A DNA stretch of 52,621 nt, the filler included, from Bipalium vagum (taxonomy: Eukaryota): the NCBI GenBank assembly GCA_037834085.1. It is 3 parts of 3 records of this genome, joined end to end, with 100 filler letters (N's around TTAATTAATTAA, not from the genome) between each part and the next. Parts side by side here need not be neighbours in the genome. Positions count along the whole stretch, not along the records: positions 1 to 17,741 come from JBBMKC010053050.1; positions 17,842 to 34,108 come from JBBMKC010119729.1; 1 more part is not named here. One strand, written 5' to 3'. Below are positions 12,501 to 24,654 of this stretch, piece by piece. The position numbers were made by a program, and so were the translations under genes. Numbering within the stretch: position 1 is the first letter of the stretch; each line of letters starts with the position of its first letter. Under the pieces are notes generated by a model. The model was given only the letters and a program-made list of their open reading frames with translations, ran no database searches and was not told the DNA's origin.

Positions 12501-14739
12501 CTGTTGTCAGCAACTTGAAAGATTAAATCATGAGATGAAATTTTTCAACCTGAATTAATCAACCGAAAGAGTCTTGAATTCCATAAGAACATCACCAGAC
12601 CAAAAGAATCTCTGATGACATTCCTAAAATTGAGTCCTTATCTGGAAAGTTATAATGCATCCAGTGTATAGTCTAGACCTATAACTGTCTGGCGACCATT
12701 TGTTTTTATCTCTGCAGAATTTTCTTGATGGAGTTACAATGGTTTCAAGAGAAAACAGTGAAAGTACATGGTATAGTTTTTTCATGGGAAATATCAGAAA
12801 TTCTTTTGATAAATTGCGAAAGGTTATCAAACAAAATGAGACATTTGATTCGATGAAGTTTATTTTTAATATATGAAAAAAGTTGTTAGCTTTTAATTAA
12901 GAAACAGTGGAAACTTTTTAGGTCACCTAAAATACGAAAACTAAATTTTCTATTTAATTTTTAAATAGCCAAAGACTTATTCCAAACTATCAAGATTTCT
13001 AGGGTGTTTTAATTTTGTATCAAAAAATTGTATAAAATGTGTTAATGTTTGTACTTTAAATAAATAAAATAAACTTATGAGTAAGCTAATAGACTCATAA
13101 AATAACATACAGATGAATCTTATAGGTCGAATTAAAGTATTAAGGCAATTACGCAATGTCAGCAAGAAAACATTTGAATAAATTTTGTTGTCCAACCTTT
13201 CTTAAATTATTTTGTTACACACTTCATTTATAATAAATTTGGCCGTTTGGATTAGTATTGTAACGGTGGAAATGCAGAATAGTCTACACTTAATTACCAT
13301 TTGTTTAAAAAATATATATTATTACTTTTATATATATCATCTTAAATTATATATTATTATTGATAATTATAATATAATTTTTATAATTAACATTTTATTT
13401 CTATAATAACTTTCATATCATTAAATAGAGAATTTATTGATTTTATTTTAATTAAAAATAAATTTTAAAATTAGTTTATTTATACATATTATTTAAACAA
13501 ACTTTGGTCGCTAGGTTCAGACTATACTGCAATAGCTCCATTGAAACATTTCAAAACTTTCTTTATATTTTTAACTTAACAAATATAATTAAATATATAA
13601 TGTAAACCGCGTAAATGGTCATTTTGCTTTGATCAGATTGATTTGTGAATATCCTCATTTTGAACACGCCAAATAAAACATGAGATAAAGTTCTGTTCAG
13701 ATTTTCAAAAATCACTCTTAAGAAACGAAATCATAATAATCAATAAGTGAATTTTAAGATATTAGGAACAGTTTCATTTTAAAAATATATTTAGCATATT
13801 GGTTTAAAATTTATAAAACAATTTATTTATGGTAAAAAGCCCCATTACTTTTCAATTATCAAAATTGTGGTCCTTAATTTCAAAACAAAAATTTTATTGA
13901 ATCTTCTTTACTTCATTTAAAAAGGAAAATCTGATCTTTTGGAGAACAACGCCTTCATTTGATTACTATTCATTATTTTTAACAGAAAAATTTCACACAC
14001 CATTATTTTATAATGTCCTGTTCCTGGCAGTAAAATTTTAATGATTTTTATAAATTACCGTTACTTATAACCTTTAGAATTTTATGGGTTTAAGAAAATA
14101 TAAAAACTGGAAATAGAATACACATTCTTGCAAAATGTGTTCTCAATAAACAAGATTTTATTAAAAACAGCTAAAGATTTTCAATCTTTTCTGTTATCCG
14201 TTTTGAGACAAAAGTTATTTTCAAGACTGGAAACCGTTTAATTGTTGGGATATATAATGTGACATTATTTACATTGTATCAAATAGAAAATGAATCTTTA
14301 TTCACTGAGTCTTTGGCCCTTCAGGTAGAATATATTTCAAAACGATTAATGTTATTTTAACAGATTCACAACATAAGAAACACAAGTAAATATATGCACA
14401 ATTGAATTTTAACCTTCATCCATATTTGCAGTGGTTCCATTTTCTGAATATTCTTGAATGTTAGTAAGAAACTTTTTGACTAAGAATGCCGAAGTACAAT
14501 CATTAGTAAAATTATTATTATTTTTCAAATTATTGATATTGAAAGACTCGGTTTGAGAAGGCACAATTATTTCATCTTTCGTTGGATAATAATCGAGAAA
14601 ACTATTTAAAGACAATTCTTCATCTGCTTCAAGCATGTGTTGTATTGAACTAATATACATAGGGTTTTCTCGAAAGCATTTTATATTATCTTTTGAAGCA
14701 AATAGTCTGTCGATTGGATTATTACAAGTTTCTTCATTC
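509..14739 (-). CDS. Multi-exon host gene, hypothetical Ser/Asn/Glu-rich protein. Predicted exons 14739-14414, 11939-11587, 9258-8865, 3823-3790, 3679-3616, 1002-792, 722-509; others probably missed
   Basis: Three long stop-free frames (ORF track 14409, 11572, 8848) are each bounded by AG acceptors and GT donors whose phases chain (..MDE/DYEDK..KGVE/FNLSM..RELI/GSHH..GR/KHSLLKLCRELMDNTRKLEGN). Exons 1002-792 and 722-509 join in frame across a 69-nt intron (..LDKQP/YARICLIKFCLKF..). The link from 3616 to 1002 needs unseen exon(s). No domain recognised. Confidence 0.6.
1960..2480 (-). mobile_element. Degenerate mariner transposase fragment
   Basis: ORF 2098-2283 reads 'LRLSKIRRTITQKNSELVNRKNIYFDQENCR', matching the mariner segment 'LKEAIRQKRPELVNRKGVVFHHDNARPH'. 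Confidence 0.7.
2724..3208 (+). mobile_element. rosa/DD41D-like element, 5' end with truncated transposase N-terminus
   Basis: TA|CGGTGTCCCAAAAAAG TIR-like start. Fragments 'IIKNYYEHES..', 'NKVVNLLQK/FELYGTVEDRNAHSRTARSNEVISVINKSVSKNPK' match the HTH region of this group. Confidence 0.7.
5600..6030 (-). mobile_element. Highly decayed rosa/DD41D-like transposase (middle part); N-terminal part continues at ~7700-7860
   Basis: 'KRYFEKSLR*YLRSTVKMATVIQR*NHNKIKFVIENVVCSSE' and 'VIAVWC' resemble 'RILRKDL..YKIQLVQEL..DH..R..F...I.FSDE' and 'VTVWC'. 'KNTPTA../PIRYLFDN' lies on the other side of the Tigger. Confidence 0.4.
6036..7684 (+). mobile_element. Degenerate pogo/Tigger-like DNA transposon
   Basis: TA|CAGTCAAATCTG terminus. 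Broken frames give 'KRKKVFLTNKKKPKILKLI' (CENP-B-type N-terminus), 'LKVSRGW', 'DET' and 'CFPPNTQIFIQPLDQSIK' (pogo FLPPNTTS.IQPLDQG motif). Right end is approximate. Confidence 0.8.
9790..10140 (+). mobile_element. rosa/DD41D-like transposase C-terminal fragment
   Basis: 'SQHDGALLH*SHMVRNLLHIMFLNLWI...SPSSFNLTPLDFLCGYLKHIVY' matches QQDGAPPH...WPPRSPDLTPLDFFLWGYLK.VY. Confidence 0.8.
10270..11282 (+). mobile_element. Degenerate mariner (DD34D) element
   Basis: 'VRTTERWFNKF', 'IVTGKEKWV', 'LHPPYSPDLSPTNHHLFKHM'; ends in mariner-type TIR ..CATACTTGACAACCTAA. Confidence 0.9.
12018..12930 (+). mobile_element. Degenerate mariner with both TIRs, internally deleted
   Basis: TIRs TTAGGCGACCTAGAAAGTTTCCAC / GTGGAAACTTTTTAGGTCACCTAA. 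Motifs 'EPILKKIITGDENWTTCDN' and 'MHPVYSLDL*LSGDHLFLSLQNFL'. Confidence 0.92.
13925..14385 (+). CDS. Candidate small exons of a + strand gene (hypothetical)
   Basis: Open segments 'ENLIFWRTTPSFDYYSLFLTEKFHTPLFYNVLFLA' (13925-14030) and 'EYTFLQNVFSINKILLKTAKDFQSFLLSVLRQKLFSRLET' (~14117-14235), plus a clean 39-nt GTAGAA..TTTTAACAG intron near 14325-14363. Confidence 0.3.
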
Positions 14740-15517
14740 CTTAATAAATGAAGACAATAAAGAATATCCATATAGATATTTCAGAGTTTTTAATTTCAAT
14801 AGTTTGAAAGGGGAACCTTCAAACTATTATTAAACTTATTAAGACTCAATATTATTATAAATTAATAACCAATTATAATTAATTTATAATATAAATTATA
14901 AATTAATATCAAAACCAGAATATAATACCCTTGTCAAATATTAAATAATCAAATCAAACTTTATCACAATACCAATTTTTGATTGAATTCATTTGACATC
15001 AAAAATTAAAGCTTTTTAAATCAAGTCCTATTCAAATTGTCTTAAATCGTTTAGTGGTCTACTTCTAACTTTGAGGAAAGCACTCTTAATATTTTGGTAA
15101 TTTTACATTACGCTTCCCGTAACTGGTTAATAAATATGAGGTAAATTACTAAAGCGGGATTGGAAAAACATTTTTATTGCTGTCCTTGATAAAATGCCTG
15201 TAGTGAAAAAATACAAACATTTTTATGATACTGAGTGGCCTCTTTCCTTATCGAAGTTCAGTTTCAAAATGTATCTAAATTCTCAGAATTTTCACTCTTC
15301 TATAAAACATTTTCAGAAGTAACAAAATGTTCCTATTTTTTAAATTTATTTCTAAAATGGCTCCTTTTAAAAGAGAAATTATTTAAGCAATATATTTCAT
15401 ATTTTAAATTTAGAAACCGATAATTTTGCCAGCTCTAATAGATGAAATAGATTTAGTAATTATATAAATGAAAAAAACAACAACAAATAATAATAATATA
15501 ATTTAATATTAATAATA

Positions 15518-16136
15518 CCGGGTCACTTTATAAGTAGCTGACTGTTTTGAATTTAATGAATTATTATTAATTTTTTAATTTTATCATTCAATAATCTGTT
15601 TATATATTCCTCATATCATAAAATTTCATCGTGAAAATATCGGATGATGATTAGCAACTTTATAGCTCCGCAATTAAAGGCATTGAAGTTAGTAAACATG
15701 CGGTTTTAACAGGATTGGTTTACATTTCATACTACCAACGCAACAATGGCTATTTTAAGATCTCTGTTTCCCGGCCGGTTAGTCTCTAAGTCCGGAGATG
15801 TTGACTGGCCTCCCAGATCACCAGATCTGACTTTTTTCTATCGGAGTACTTGAAGAACATAGTCTATGCTGATAAACAAAGTACTCTTATGGACCTTCAA
15901 CTAAATATCCAGAAGGCTGTCCTAGATATTTCTCTGGAATTATGTGAAAAAGTGATAGAAAATACAATGAAAATAGCACGTGAGTGTAAGGCATCCAAAG
16001 GAGGCCATTTAGAAAATATTATTTTCCATATGTAACTTTTGTATATAAATAAATTATTACAGAAAAAGTCTGCGTTTTCATTTTTATTAAAAGATATTTG
16101 AGAAATAAACCATGCAGTAACTTATGAATGACCTTG
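15518..16136 (+). mobile_element. rosa/DD41D-like element, internally deleted, both TIRs
   Basis: TA-flanked TIRs CCGGGTCACTTTATAAGT / ACTTATGAATGACCTTG. Protein 'HTTNATMAILRSLFPGRLVSKSGDVDWPPRSPDLTFFLSEYLKNIVYADK...KGGHLENIIFHM'. Confidence 0.92.
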
Positions 16137-16165
16137 TATTAATAATCATAATATTATTATAATTA

Positions 16166-16201
<36 letters not shown>

Positions 16202-17666
16202 TGTTACCGATATCAATTCATTGATAATTATTTATATTTATCATATTAAAATAAATATTCATGTTAATATATGGGTATTAAAGCTTTCGAATTTTCAAAA
16301 GTACAACTTGAATGACTTATAATATCCAATACAAACAACTGTTGAAGTATGCCATTAGACTATAAAAATAAAAATAACCACTATATAAAATATAATTAGT
16401 CATGAAATAATTATAAAGTTTCTTTGATTATGTTGAAAACCCATGCTCATATTGTGCTTGGTAGTCAAATGTTACGAAATAATATTTAAGAGAGTATCTT
16501 TAGTAGAAAATATTGTCATTAACTCATCTAAAGAATCAAATCATGAAGTGTGTTCAATAAAGTTTTCGGCAATTTTATAAAATTTTGTAAAGATCTGTAA
16601 AAGATTCAAACAACTTACCGAGTGAAGACCAAAACCTCAATTATATCCTCTATGAATTTCGTTATGGGAAAACAAAACAGAAAAGCGAAATCAACAGGCA
16701 ATTTCATTCAAATGTTCTTGATGTGAGAAAATATCAGGGATGACTTTCTCATGAAAGGGCCGGAACATTAACTGTGAATAATAACACAGCCCAGTCCACT
16801 AAAAAGTCAACGATAAACTCTTGATGAAATGAGACAAGAAATGTTCGTCAAAGCTTATAGAAAATGAGTAAAAATAAATAAACCAGGAACTGAAAAATCT
16901 CGTGAACCTAGTGAGAACTAAAATAACCGACGTATTTCAAATTTTATAAAACCTCAGTTTAAAGTAACAAATGAATACATTCTGGACTGCAACATAAATG
17001 GTGATAAGAAGTAAATTTTTACGAGAATTTCAGTTATGAAGGCTAATGTAAATTCATCTAAAGAAATACCTGCAAGAAATCGTGGAAAATTACAATCGAG
17101 TAGATCATCACTGGTGAAGAAATAGCATTAAGTTGTAAAACTAGCATTAAGCTGTAAAACTATTATGATGTCTTTAGTTCTCTAAAATTCATTTTATAGA
17201 TTACCATGGTTTTTCCAAAAAGAACTACTCATTAACTTGAGAAAAATACATGTTTTCACAAAATTTTTGAAACACTTAAAAATTGGCACTGTAAGCTTAA
17301 ATATGAAATAATGAGTGGAGGAGATATTTTTCTTGGACTTTATAAGAACATTGAAATTGAAAAGAAAACCTGGATAAAAGTCCTTATGTAACACACATCG
17401 ATAATCTTTTACCATTTGTGACTAGATAATATTTTACCAGAAACATTTCTTGGATATTTGGCGAAAAATGTACAAAACATTCTTCATATTCCAGTATAGA
17501 GCTGAAATTTTCTCATTAATCTTCAAAATATTCATAAATTTCTCTTGCAACTTGCGTAATACTCTTTATAGTAATAGTCTTTAATGTAATACTTTTTTTT
17601 TAAAATTTGAATTTCTTTGAATATTGTCATTAGTACTTAATATAAGTTACAGATTTAAAACATGTA

Positions 17667-17741
17667 CAGTTTAGTCCGGTTATTACGAATCCGGATATTA
17701 CAAAAAATCGGTTATTACGAAAAATAATTTTGGCAATGGCG
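17667..17741 (+). mobile_element. pogo/Tigger-type terminus with three subterminal repeats, cut by the gap
   Basis: TA|CAGT then CCGGTTATTACGAA, CCGGATATTACAAA, TCGGTTATTACGAA. Confidence 0.65.
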
Positions 17742-17841
17742 NNNNNNNNNNNNNNNNNNNNNNNNNNNNNNNNNNNNNNNNNNNNTTAATTAATTAANNN
17801 NNNNNNNNNNNNNNNNNNNNNNNNNNNNNNNNNNNNNNNNN
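17742..17841. other. Artificial contig spacer: 44 N + TTAATTAATTAA + 44 N
   Basis: Exactly 100 nt; the 12-mer places stops in all six frames. Confidence 0.97.
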
Positions 17842-20109
17842 TCCATTATATCTGAAGGAATGAGCATTAATATTTAAAACCCAGTATAAATATATGGTTT
17901 CCAATTTTTATGTCAAAATATTTCTAGCTGTGGTCGCCACTATTCCTTTCTTCTTTTGGAGAATGCTTGATTCTGATAAGTAAAACAAATAAAAATAGAT
18001 TTTTATTTCAAATATCGTTTCCAACTAAATGCGATTTTTTAAAAATGTCTGAAGAAGTCTGGCAAGGACTGTGTACAAGAATGTGATATAATTCTGTAAG
18101 TGTGTTCTCGAAATAGAAGATATATAGCTTGCTCACAATGAAACAATATTTTACAATTGTAGTTTTTTTGGCATTTCTTTAACAAATCTTCATTAAAAAG
18201 TTGCAAGATATTTTCACTGAAAATAATACCTTCATAATCTTACCAGGCACCTTTGATAACATTTTTAAAGATTATTTAGTATTACTCGCTTTCATTAAAT
18301 TAAGAAATGTATTTTCACAAACTGCCCAGAAGTGTTTTTTATTTTTTTTAATCTTAAGGTTAAAATAAATATAACCTCTTTCAATCGCCAACTGTCTAAT
18401 CTGACACTCTCTGTAAACCGCCCGTGTTTAGACCTTTACGTGTAAAATTTCTATTTATCGCCCATTTACAAAATTCGCCAATTGATTTTAACAATGTTAA
18501 CACAAATTATGCAATAATATATCAAATATTTGTTTTAATTTTTATTTTATTTTAGAGGTTTTAATTTATTTAAAATCAATTTGTATCAGATTCAATAACA
18601 CGAACTGATATGCATAAAAGTCAAAACTAAACTACCAAGCTTTATGTTTTAAAGATCCAGGTTTCTAAATGATTGTACTTTCCATTTTTTCAAAGCCTTG
18701 CTCATTTTATCTATTCCAATAATACCATTTAAATCGAATTTATATGGCTGATTAATTATAATTAATTAAAGCTTTGTGTACAAACACTTATTATGGTATT
18801 GTGTAATTATATTATTAGGCAATAATACATTCTAAAATTCGTCACCTTTTTTTCTGGTCCCATTTTTGGTTATTTACCAAGGTCATACTGTATATATTTT
18901 TATATTTCATTATGTTAATTCTAAATTACAGGAAATATATATCGACTTCTCAAAAATATTTGCTAAATATTAGCACTTTAAAATTAAATAATAATAATAA
19001 TATATTTTAATTTATTTTTATTCTAATCTAATTTTTCATTCTTTGTATTATCTTCGTGATTTGTAACGAAAATACACTCATCAAAGAAGCTTATTAAATA
19101 ACTGGTTTATTTGATAACTTATTGAATCCGCAAAATACTGAAATCGGTCAAGTGGAATATTAAAATCTTTAAATATCAATTATAATGAATGAATTATTTT
19201 GAAATTCATCAATTAAATCTTATCTTTTGTTTCATTTTTTGGGGTTTTAATTTTATTTTCAATTAATTGGGATGATTTCAGTTTTAAAACGTAATTTAAA
19301 TATTTCATTATATATTAATTTATAAAAAAAAATTAATTTAAATTAAAAATCTTGTAATTTTTTTCCTGAATATTGAATTATTGATAATATTATTTATATA
19401 TTCGGTTAAATAATAATATATAATTTTTAATATATAATTTTATTTCAATATATAATATTTATTTTGTTTCTTGTTTATAATTATTTGAAGTGCACTAAAA
19501 ATGTTATTGTAATGTTAAAAAAATTGATAAATCTTTCTTAATAATTTTAATAAAAATTAGAAAAAATATTCATTAATTATTCTCTAATTTTTCTAATTAA
19601 CATTAGTAAATATTCTTTCCGGGAAAAAAATTTTTAGTTTACTAAGGCTTGCGTTAATTATTTTAATAATCACTTTAAAATTTATAAAATTAGAAATATA
19701 TAATTATTTAATAATTATTTTCGAGTATAAGTTTTTTTTTAAATATTTCAAATTCATCACAATTTAATTATTTTAATAACTTTTTAAATTTAGATTGAAA
19801 TAAAATAATTATGTTTCATTGGATGAAAATTAAAATAAAAAAATTATTTGATAAATTAGCATTTAAAAATTTTGAAAAACATAATATAATGAGAAAATAA
19901 GAATGTGAATTTTTTAATAGTTAATGTGAGTTAATTTCAGAAATATCAGTTAACTAAAATGGAGAAGCGAATAAGCAATCAAAAAATTCACATAATTTGA
20001 AAAAGAATTATAATTAACTTATGACAATGAAGAATAATCATTTTAATATTATAAAGCAATGATGGAAGTAAATGACCATATATTTTATTTAAGTATAATT
20101 AAAATAATA

Positions 20110-20360
20110 AATCCTGAGATATAACAGTAAGCGACGCTTGACATAACCGTTTTTATAGATTTATCACAAGGTCTGATTTTTGGATTAATATAGTAAAGAG
20201 ACCTTCAAAACCAATGACTATCCAGATCATAACCATTTGCCCAACTTTAGATTTCAGTTGAGATTTTTCATCAAAACGAACAGTTACAATGTTGCTGATA
20301 TAATATCTATCATTTCCTGAGATGATTGTATTGGATAAATGTCAATAGATCCATCATGAA
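20110..20360 (-). mobile_element. Possible decayed Tc1/mariner fragment
   Basis: 'HLSNTIISGNDRYYISNIV...KVGQMVMIWIVIGFEG' resembles the IITGDE..KVMIW..G region. Confidence 0.35.
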
Positions 20361-20869
20361 AAATAAAATATTTATTAGAGAACTATCTATACAATCGAAC
20401 ATATTTCGGCTTTGCTAGGGACTGATGGCTTCTGTTCGTTTATGTATATAAAATTTATGATGCCTTATTTTTCAATATTTTATGCAAATATGACTTCGAA
20501 ACATTAAATTTTTAAGCTGTACAACATATGGCAACACATCATTAACATTAAAATGATAATTGATGTGTTAGTTTAGAAACCGTGATTTTTTCTGCCTATC
20601 AGTTATTAACGTAATAGAATAAATTCTTTACCCTGGAAAAATTGTTTGTGAAAAATACAAAACAGTATACTTTTTATCAGCTCCTTGATTTTCATAAATT
20701 TTGTACACTCGCTTACTTAATACTTCCAATTCTTTAATCATTATTACATAATTTTATTAATATCTAAAAAGGATCAATGTTTTTTTATGACCTAAAAAAA
20801 ATCCAATGTCATTAATACATTACAAGAAAGATAAAATTGACAACCAACAACTATATTTTTATTAACCCA

Positions 20870-21560
20870 TTTACAGTTTCTTCAAAGCTATCATTTTATT
20901 TTAACCACATAGATTCTTAAAGAAAATCAACTATTTCAGCGTTTCTTTGATCTTGTTGTTACAGCTTTTGACGTTCTAAGTGTGGACATGGCGGTCATAA
21001 TAAAAAACTGATATTTATAACAAACCGATTCATGTGCCTCATCAGTGTATATTGTTCTGCTTTGTCTAACTACTCCGTATATAAAAGATATAAGTTTTGG
21101 TTCAAATTTCTCAAGCTTGTAGCTGCAATATGATATTAATAAGGCCCAGCATTGCTTAGATAGGTACATTGGTCGATAAACTTTAGGCTTGTGCCTTAAC
21201 ATCGTTTCTTCAATCTGAACTATTTTGTTTGGACCACCTAACAAGATAGGATTTTTATCAAAACACCTTTTGTGCAAAATATGTGCAGTAAAATAATTAT
21301 TGTATCAAATAATCTTATCAAATAATTTATGCAATGTGTGAAAAATGACCTGCTCATCACAAATGTGTATAATATAACCTCAAATATTGCAATAGGTAAA
21401 AAAACATTTTCCTAAAAGGAAATATTAATCAACTGAATCTATAAAAGTATTGCTTAAAATAAACTACATTAACCAATCACCACAGTTATAAACCCTTATT
21501 TTGCCATTACATTGCTATGAAATTTTAGTGGACACCGTTATATGATATTCAGCAGATATC
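20870..21560 (-). mobile_element. Merlin / ISXO2(IS1595)-like transposase pseudogene
   Basis: ORF 20936-21277 'LLGGPNKIVQIEETMLRHKPKVYR...QCWALLI...IYGVVRQSRTIYTDE...H.SVCYKYQF' matches LGGPG.IVQIDES..K.KY.RG..W......I.SD..H..VNH...F. Confidence 0.85.
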
Positions 21561-22492
21561 ATTAGATTATTAGGTTAACCTATTTGGTTAAGCTTTATTC
21601 ACTAGTCTTAACATTTCTTAGATTCACTACTAGTTATAAATCAACACGTTACCCTAATCATTTCTAAAAACTTTATGAAACATTTAGATATTCATCAACA
21701 TTATTATGATGAATTTTCCTTTATTTAAACATTTGGATTAATTTCAGAAGGAATACACGAATCCCTTTCTTGAAGAACCAACCAGCACTGTTCCAAAAGG
21801 CAAACATTCTCAAACACTTAAATTAAAAAATATATATTGATAAACCATTGGGGGTAGTTTAATAAAACCAAGGGAGATTATTCTGATTAATAGAATCTGG
21901 TCTAATTTAATTTCCCTGCTAAAACCCATAGTAAATTCCGACTTCATATAATGACGTGAATTTAATGAAAATAATAATTTATGAAACCATTTTTCATTAT
22001 TCACTTTCAAATTAAACTACATTATATCCTCGAAAAGAAATAATAATTTAAAAAATTTATGATATTTATATTATTATTGCCTGAAATAGACCTAATCTCC
22101 ACCGACGTAATCATAAATAATTTATAAGGCAATTACCCCTAACAATTAAAACAAAAATTTATGCTTTTTCATTATATAAAGAATTATCAATAATTTATGT
22201 ATGTCTTGAATTATAATGATAACGATAATGGAAGATTTTAATGTTTATGTTTTGTGAAATATTTTCCCATGATTTTATTATTAATTTCATAAAATAAAAT
22301 CCCCTAAAGTAATAAATTACCGGCAAATTTTAATCCTCAATTAAAAGTATTTTTTCTGGTGAATTTTATTTTGTAGATTTAAAGATCAAGGGAAAATTAT
22401 ATCTGAATATTCTCTACGGTTTTTTTTCTTTTCAACCAATTTTTTTCCGTCAAAAAATTTCACAAAAATCAATTTTCCGAAATTAATTTTAC

Positions 22493-23061
22493 AAAATGAG
22501 ACATGGTAAAAATTGAATATCGTCATGACCTGTCGAGCTTCGATACTGAAATGGTTAGGTTTTGCTTTTGGACGAAAAATTGTTTCTGTTAATTTTATAT
22601 TTTTCTACGGGAATATGACTGAAAGCGTAACACAATCGGGAAAAGGAATATAATTTTTCATCAAACCGATTCAGTTCGTTTTGCATTGTAAAAGAAATGT
22701 CCAAATGTTTGAGTAACTTTGGAATCATTCGTTTGAAGAAATAATTTGTCGCTTTGGCCACTAGCAAAGTATCCTTTTGTCTCTCACTAGAGGCACAAAA
22801 TACCACATCAAAGTCCAGAGCCACGCTCATACAGTTGACCAACATTTGAGGAATGACGAGGTTGCTTTCGTTGAATGAGCTCAAGATTTTCTCAATTTCC
22901 AACAGACTTTTTGATATGAGGTTTGCAGCATGAAGCTTTCTTAGAACTTCTTCTTTTTCTATGAAAGATTGATTTCCAGAAATCTGTTTCTTTCTAATCC
23001 TTCGACGCTTATTGATTAGTATACTTGATTCATCTTCTTCTTTGATTTTTGTTGTGTTCAT
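22493..23061 (-). CDS. Host gene exons 23061-22609 and 22545-22493, hypothetical protein
   Basis: 168-codon open frame, the longest in the window. A 63-nt intron GTAGAA..CTAAC.CATTTCAG (22608-22546) removes the stop and continues in phase 0 (HIP/YRSSTGHDDIQFLPCLI). Basic NLS-like KRRRIRKK. Confidence 0.7.
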
Positions 23062-23289
23062 TTAAAAACTCTTGTCATATATGTAATCAATAAATTAATC
23101 TGATAAAATAATCAATATTTATATCAATATAAATAAGTTCAAATAGAATAAGTAAATTTTTGCATTAAAGAAACATACAATGTCATTATTAATTATTAAT
23201 AGTTAATTAGGGTTTATTTTGACGTCATATGGTTTTTAATGTCTTTATGTTTTTTCGTCAATAAATTTTAAGCAATGTAGCATGGAAAA

Positions 23290-24230
23290 AAGGTTATTGA
23301 TGTACACAAATATGAATCATCATAATTAGAAATTAATGCTAACGTGTTGATAACGAAAAAATACTGTCTCGAAATAAATTTGACTTGTTTGTTGATTCAA
23401 AGAATGCATTTTTTGCATCAATGACTAGAGGGCGTTCTTGGTAGTTTTGATCAGCAAGGAAATTTGAAATTGATAGAGAAGGATGGTTATCCGATGGTGA
23501 GATGTTGCAGATGCGGCAAAGTTTCCCAATTAATATGAATAAGCTTGTTCTATTTGTTGACAGTAAACGTATATCGGCATTAATTGTTGGACCTCGCTGA
23601 AGACATTCTCAATGTATAATTTCACTGGCTGACCACCAGAATTTGAGCAAAAACCTTTCGATCGATATCAAATTTAGGAGACTGGTCAGAGTTGTGACCA
23701 GGTAGTATCCATAAAGATGAACGTCTAGAATTATCGTACAAAACTCACTTCCCGTCTACCGTAATTATTCGGTAAAATATGCAATCATTTCGCTAGTGCG
23801 AAATTTTTGCTAACTAAAAAGAATAGAAAAGAAAATTAGAATTCGTTAAGATTTGTTTAAATTTTGTGTGAGGCACAATTTTCAATTTTTTGTTAAGTCC
23901 CAGAAGTTTTAAAGGATTCCAAATGGTTGATAAAGATCACATGAAGTCTAAGGATAGTTCATTTGATATAAATCCTGGTTAAAATGAAATGTATTTAGTA
24001 TGACATTATCATATCAGCCTATGATCGGCAAGACCATGTTTCGTATTCAAGGTTAATTCTTCCATTTCGAAACTGTTGGAACCTTTTTTCGTACATCCAT
24101 AAGAACATGATCCATCAACAAAGACTTCTTTTATCCTAAGTGTGGTTTCTTCAGCACTGCAACCATGCATAAAGTAATAAAACATACAAGCACAAACTTC
24201 AATTTTGACAAGGACACCTAAACATAATTT
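23290..24230 (-). mobile_element. Degenerate mariner
   Basis: 'KRFQQFRNGRINLE', 'IFYRIITVDGK*VLYDNSRRS', 'NWETLPH'; many stops and frameshifts. Confidence 0.85.
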
Positions 24231-24654
24231 TATTACTAATAATTAATAATTATTTTCAGTAATGTATCTGTTACGCTTTTTGACTACTATGAAGCTTGTC
24301 GTAACACTTAGGTAGTAAAGTTTACTGAACCTTCACTTTTGTCAAAACGTGTACGTAAATGAATAAATAAAAACAACGATGCATAACACTTTATTATCAC
24401 AGTTACAACCACAATGTCTCACTAAAGGATAATAAGCAAATCAAATTTTCAATGAAATATTTACAATGACACAATCGTAAAAGTGAAATGGCTCTACAAA
24501 ATCTAAAATAAAGAATAATAGGCATCAATTATTAATCAAATAATATCAATTAAATCAAACTGTTAATTAATAGAATCAAATGGTTAATCAAAATGTCAAT
24601 AAAATTAATTAATTTTAAACAGAAAAGTAAAATGAAAAACAATGATCCTCTCAC

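Noticed and set aside
17673-17722. CRISPR-like repeats
   Set aside because: Three ~14-bp repeats with 0-3-nt spacers directly after TA|CAGT; this is a transposon subterminal structure and there are no cas genes.
17786-17797. TTAATTAATTAA as a piggyBac target site or biological motif
   Set aside because: Centred in exactly 44+44 Ns at both gaps, so it is an assembly linker.
17850-18480. Possible piggyBac remnant
   Set aside because: Only a vague resemblance; no clear TTAA-flanked TIR or catalytic motif.
24269-24388. Solo LTR (TGTTAC..TAACA with AATAAA)
   Set aside because: No target-site duplication and no second copy in the window.
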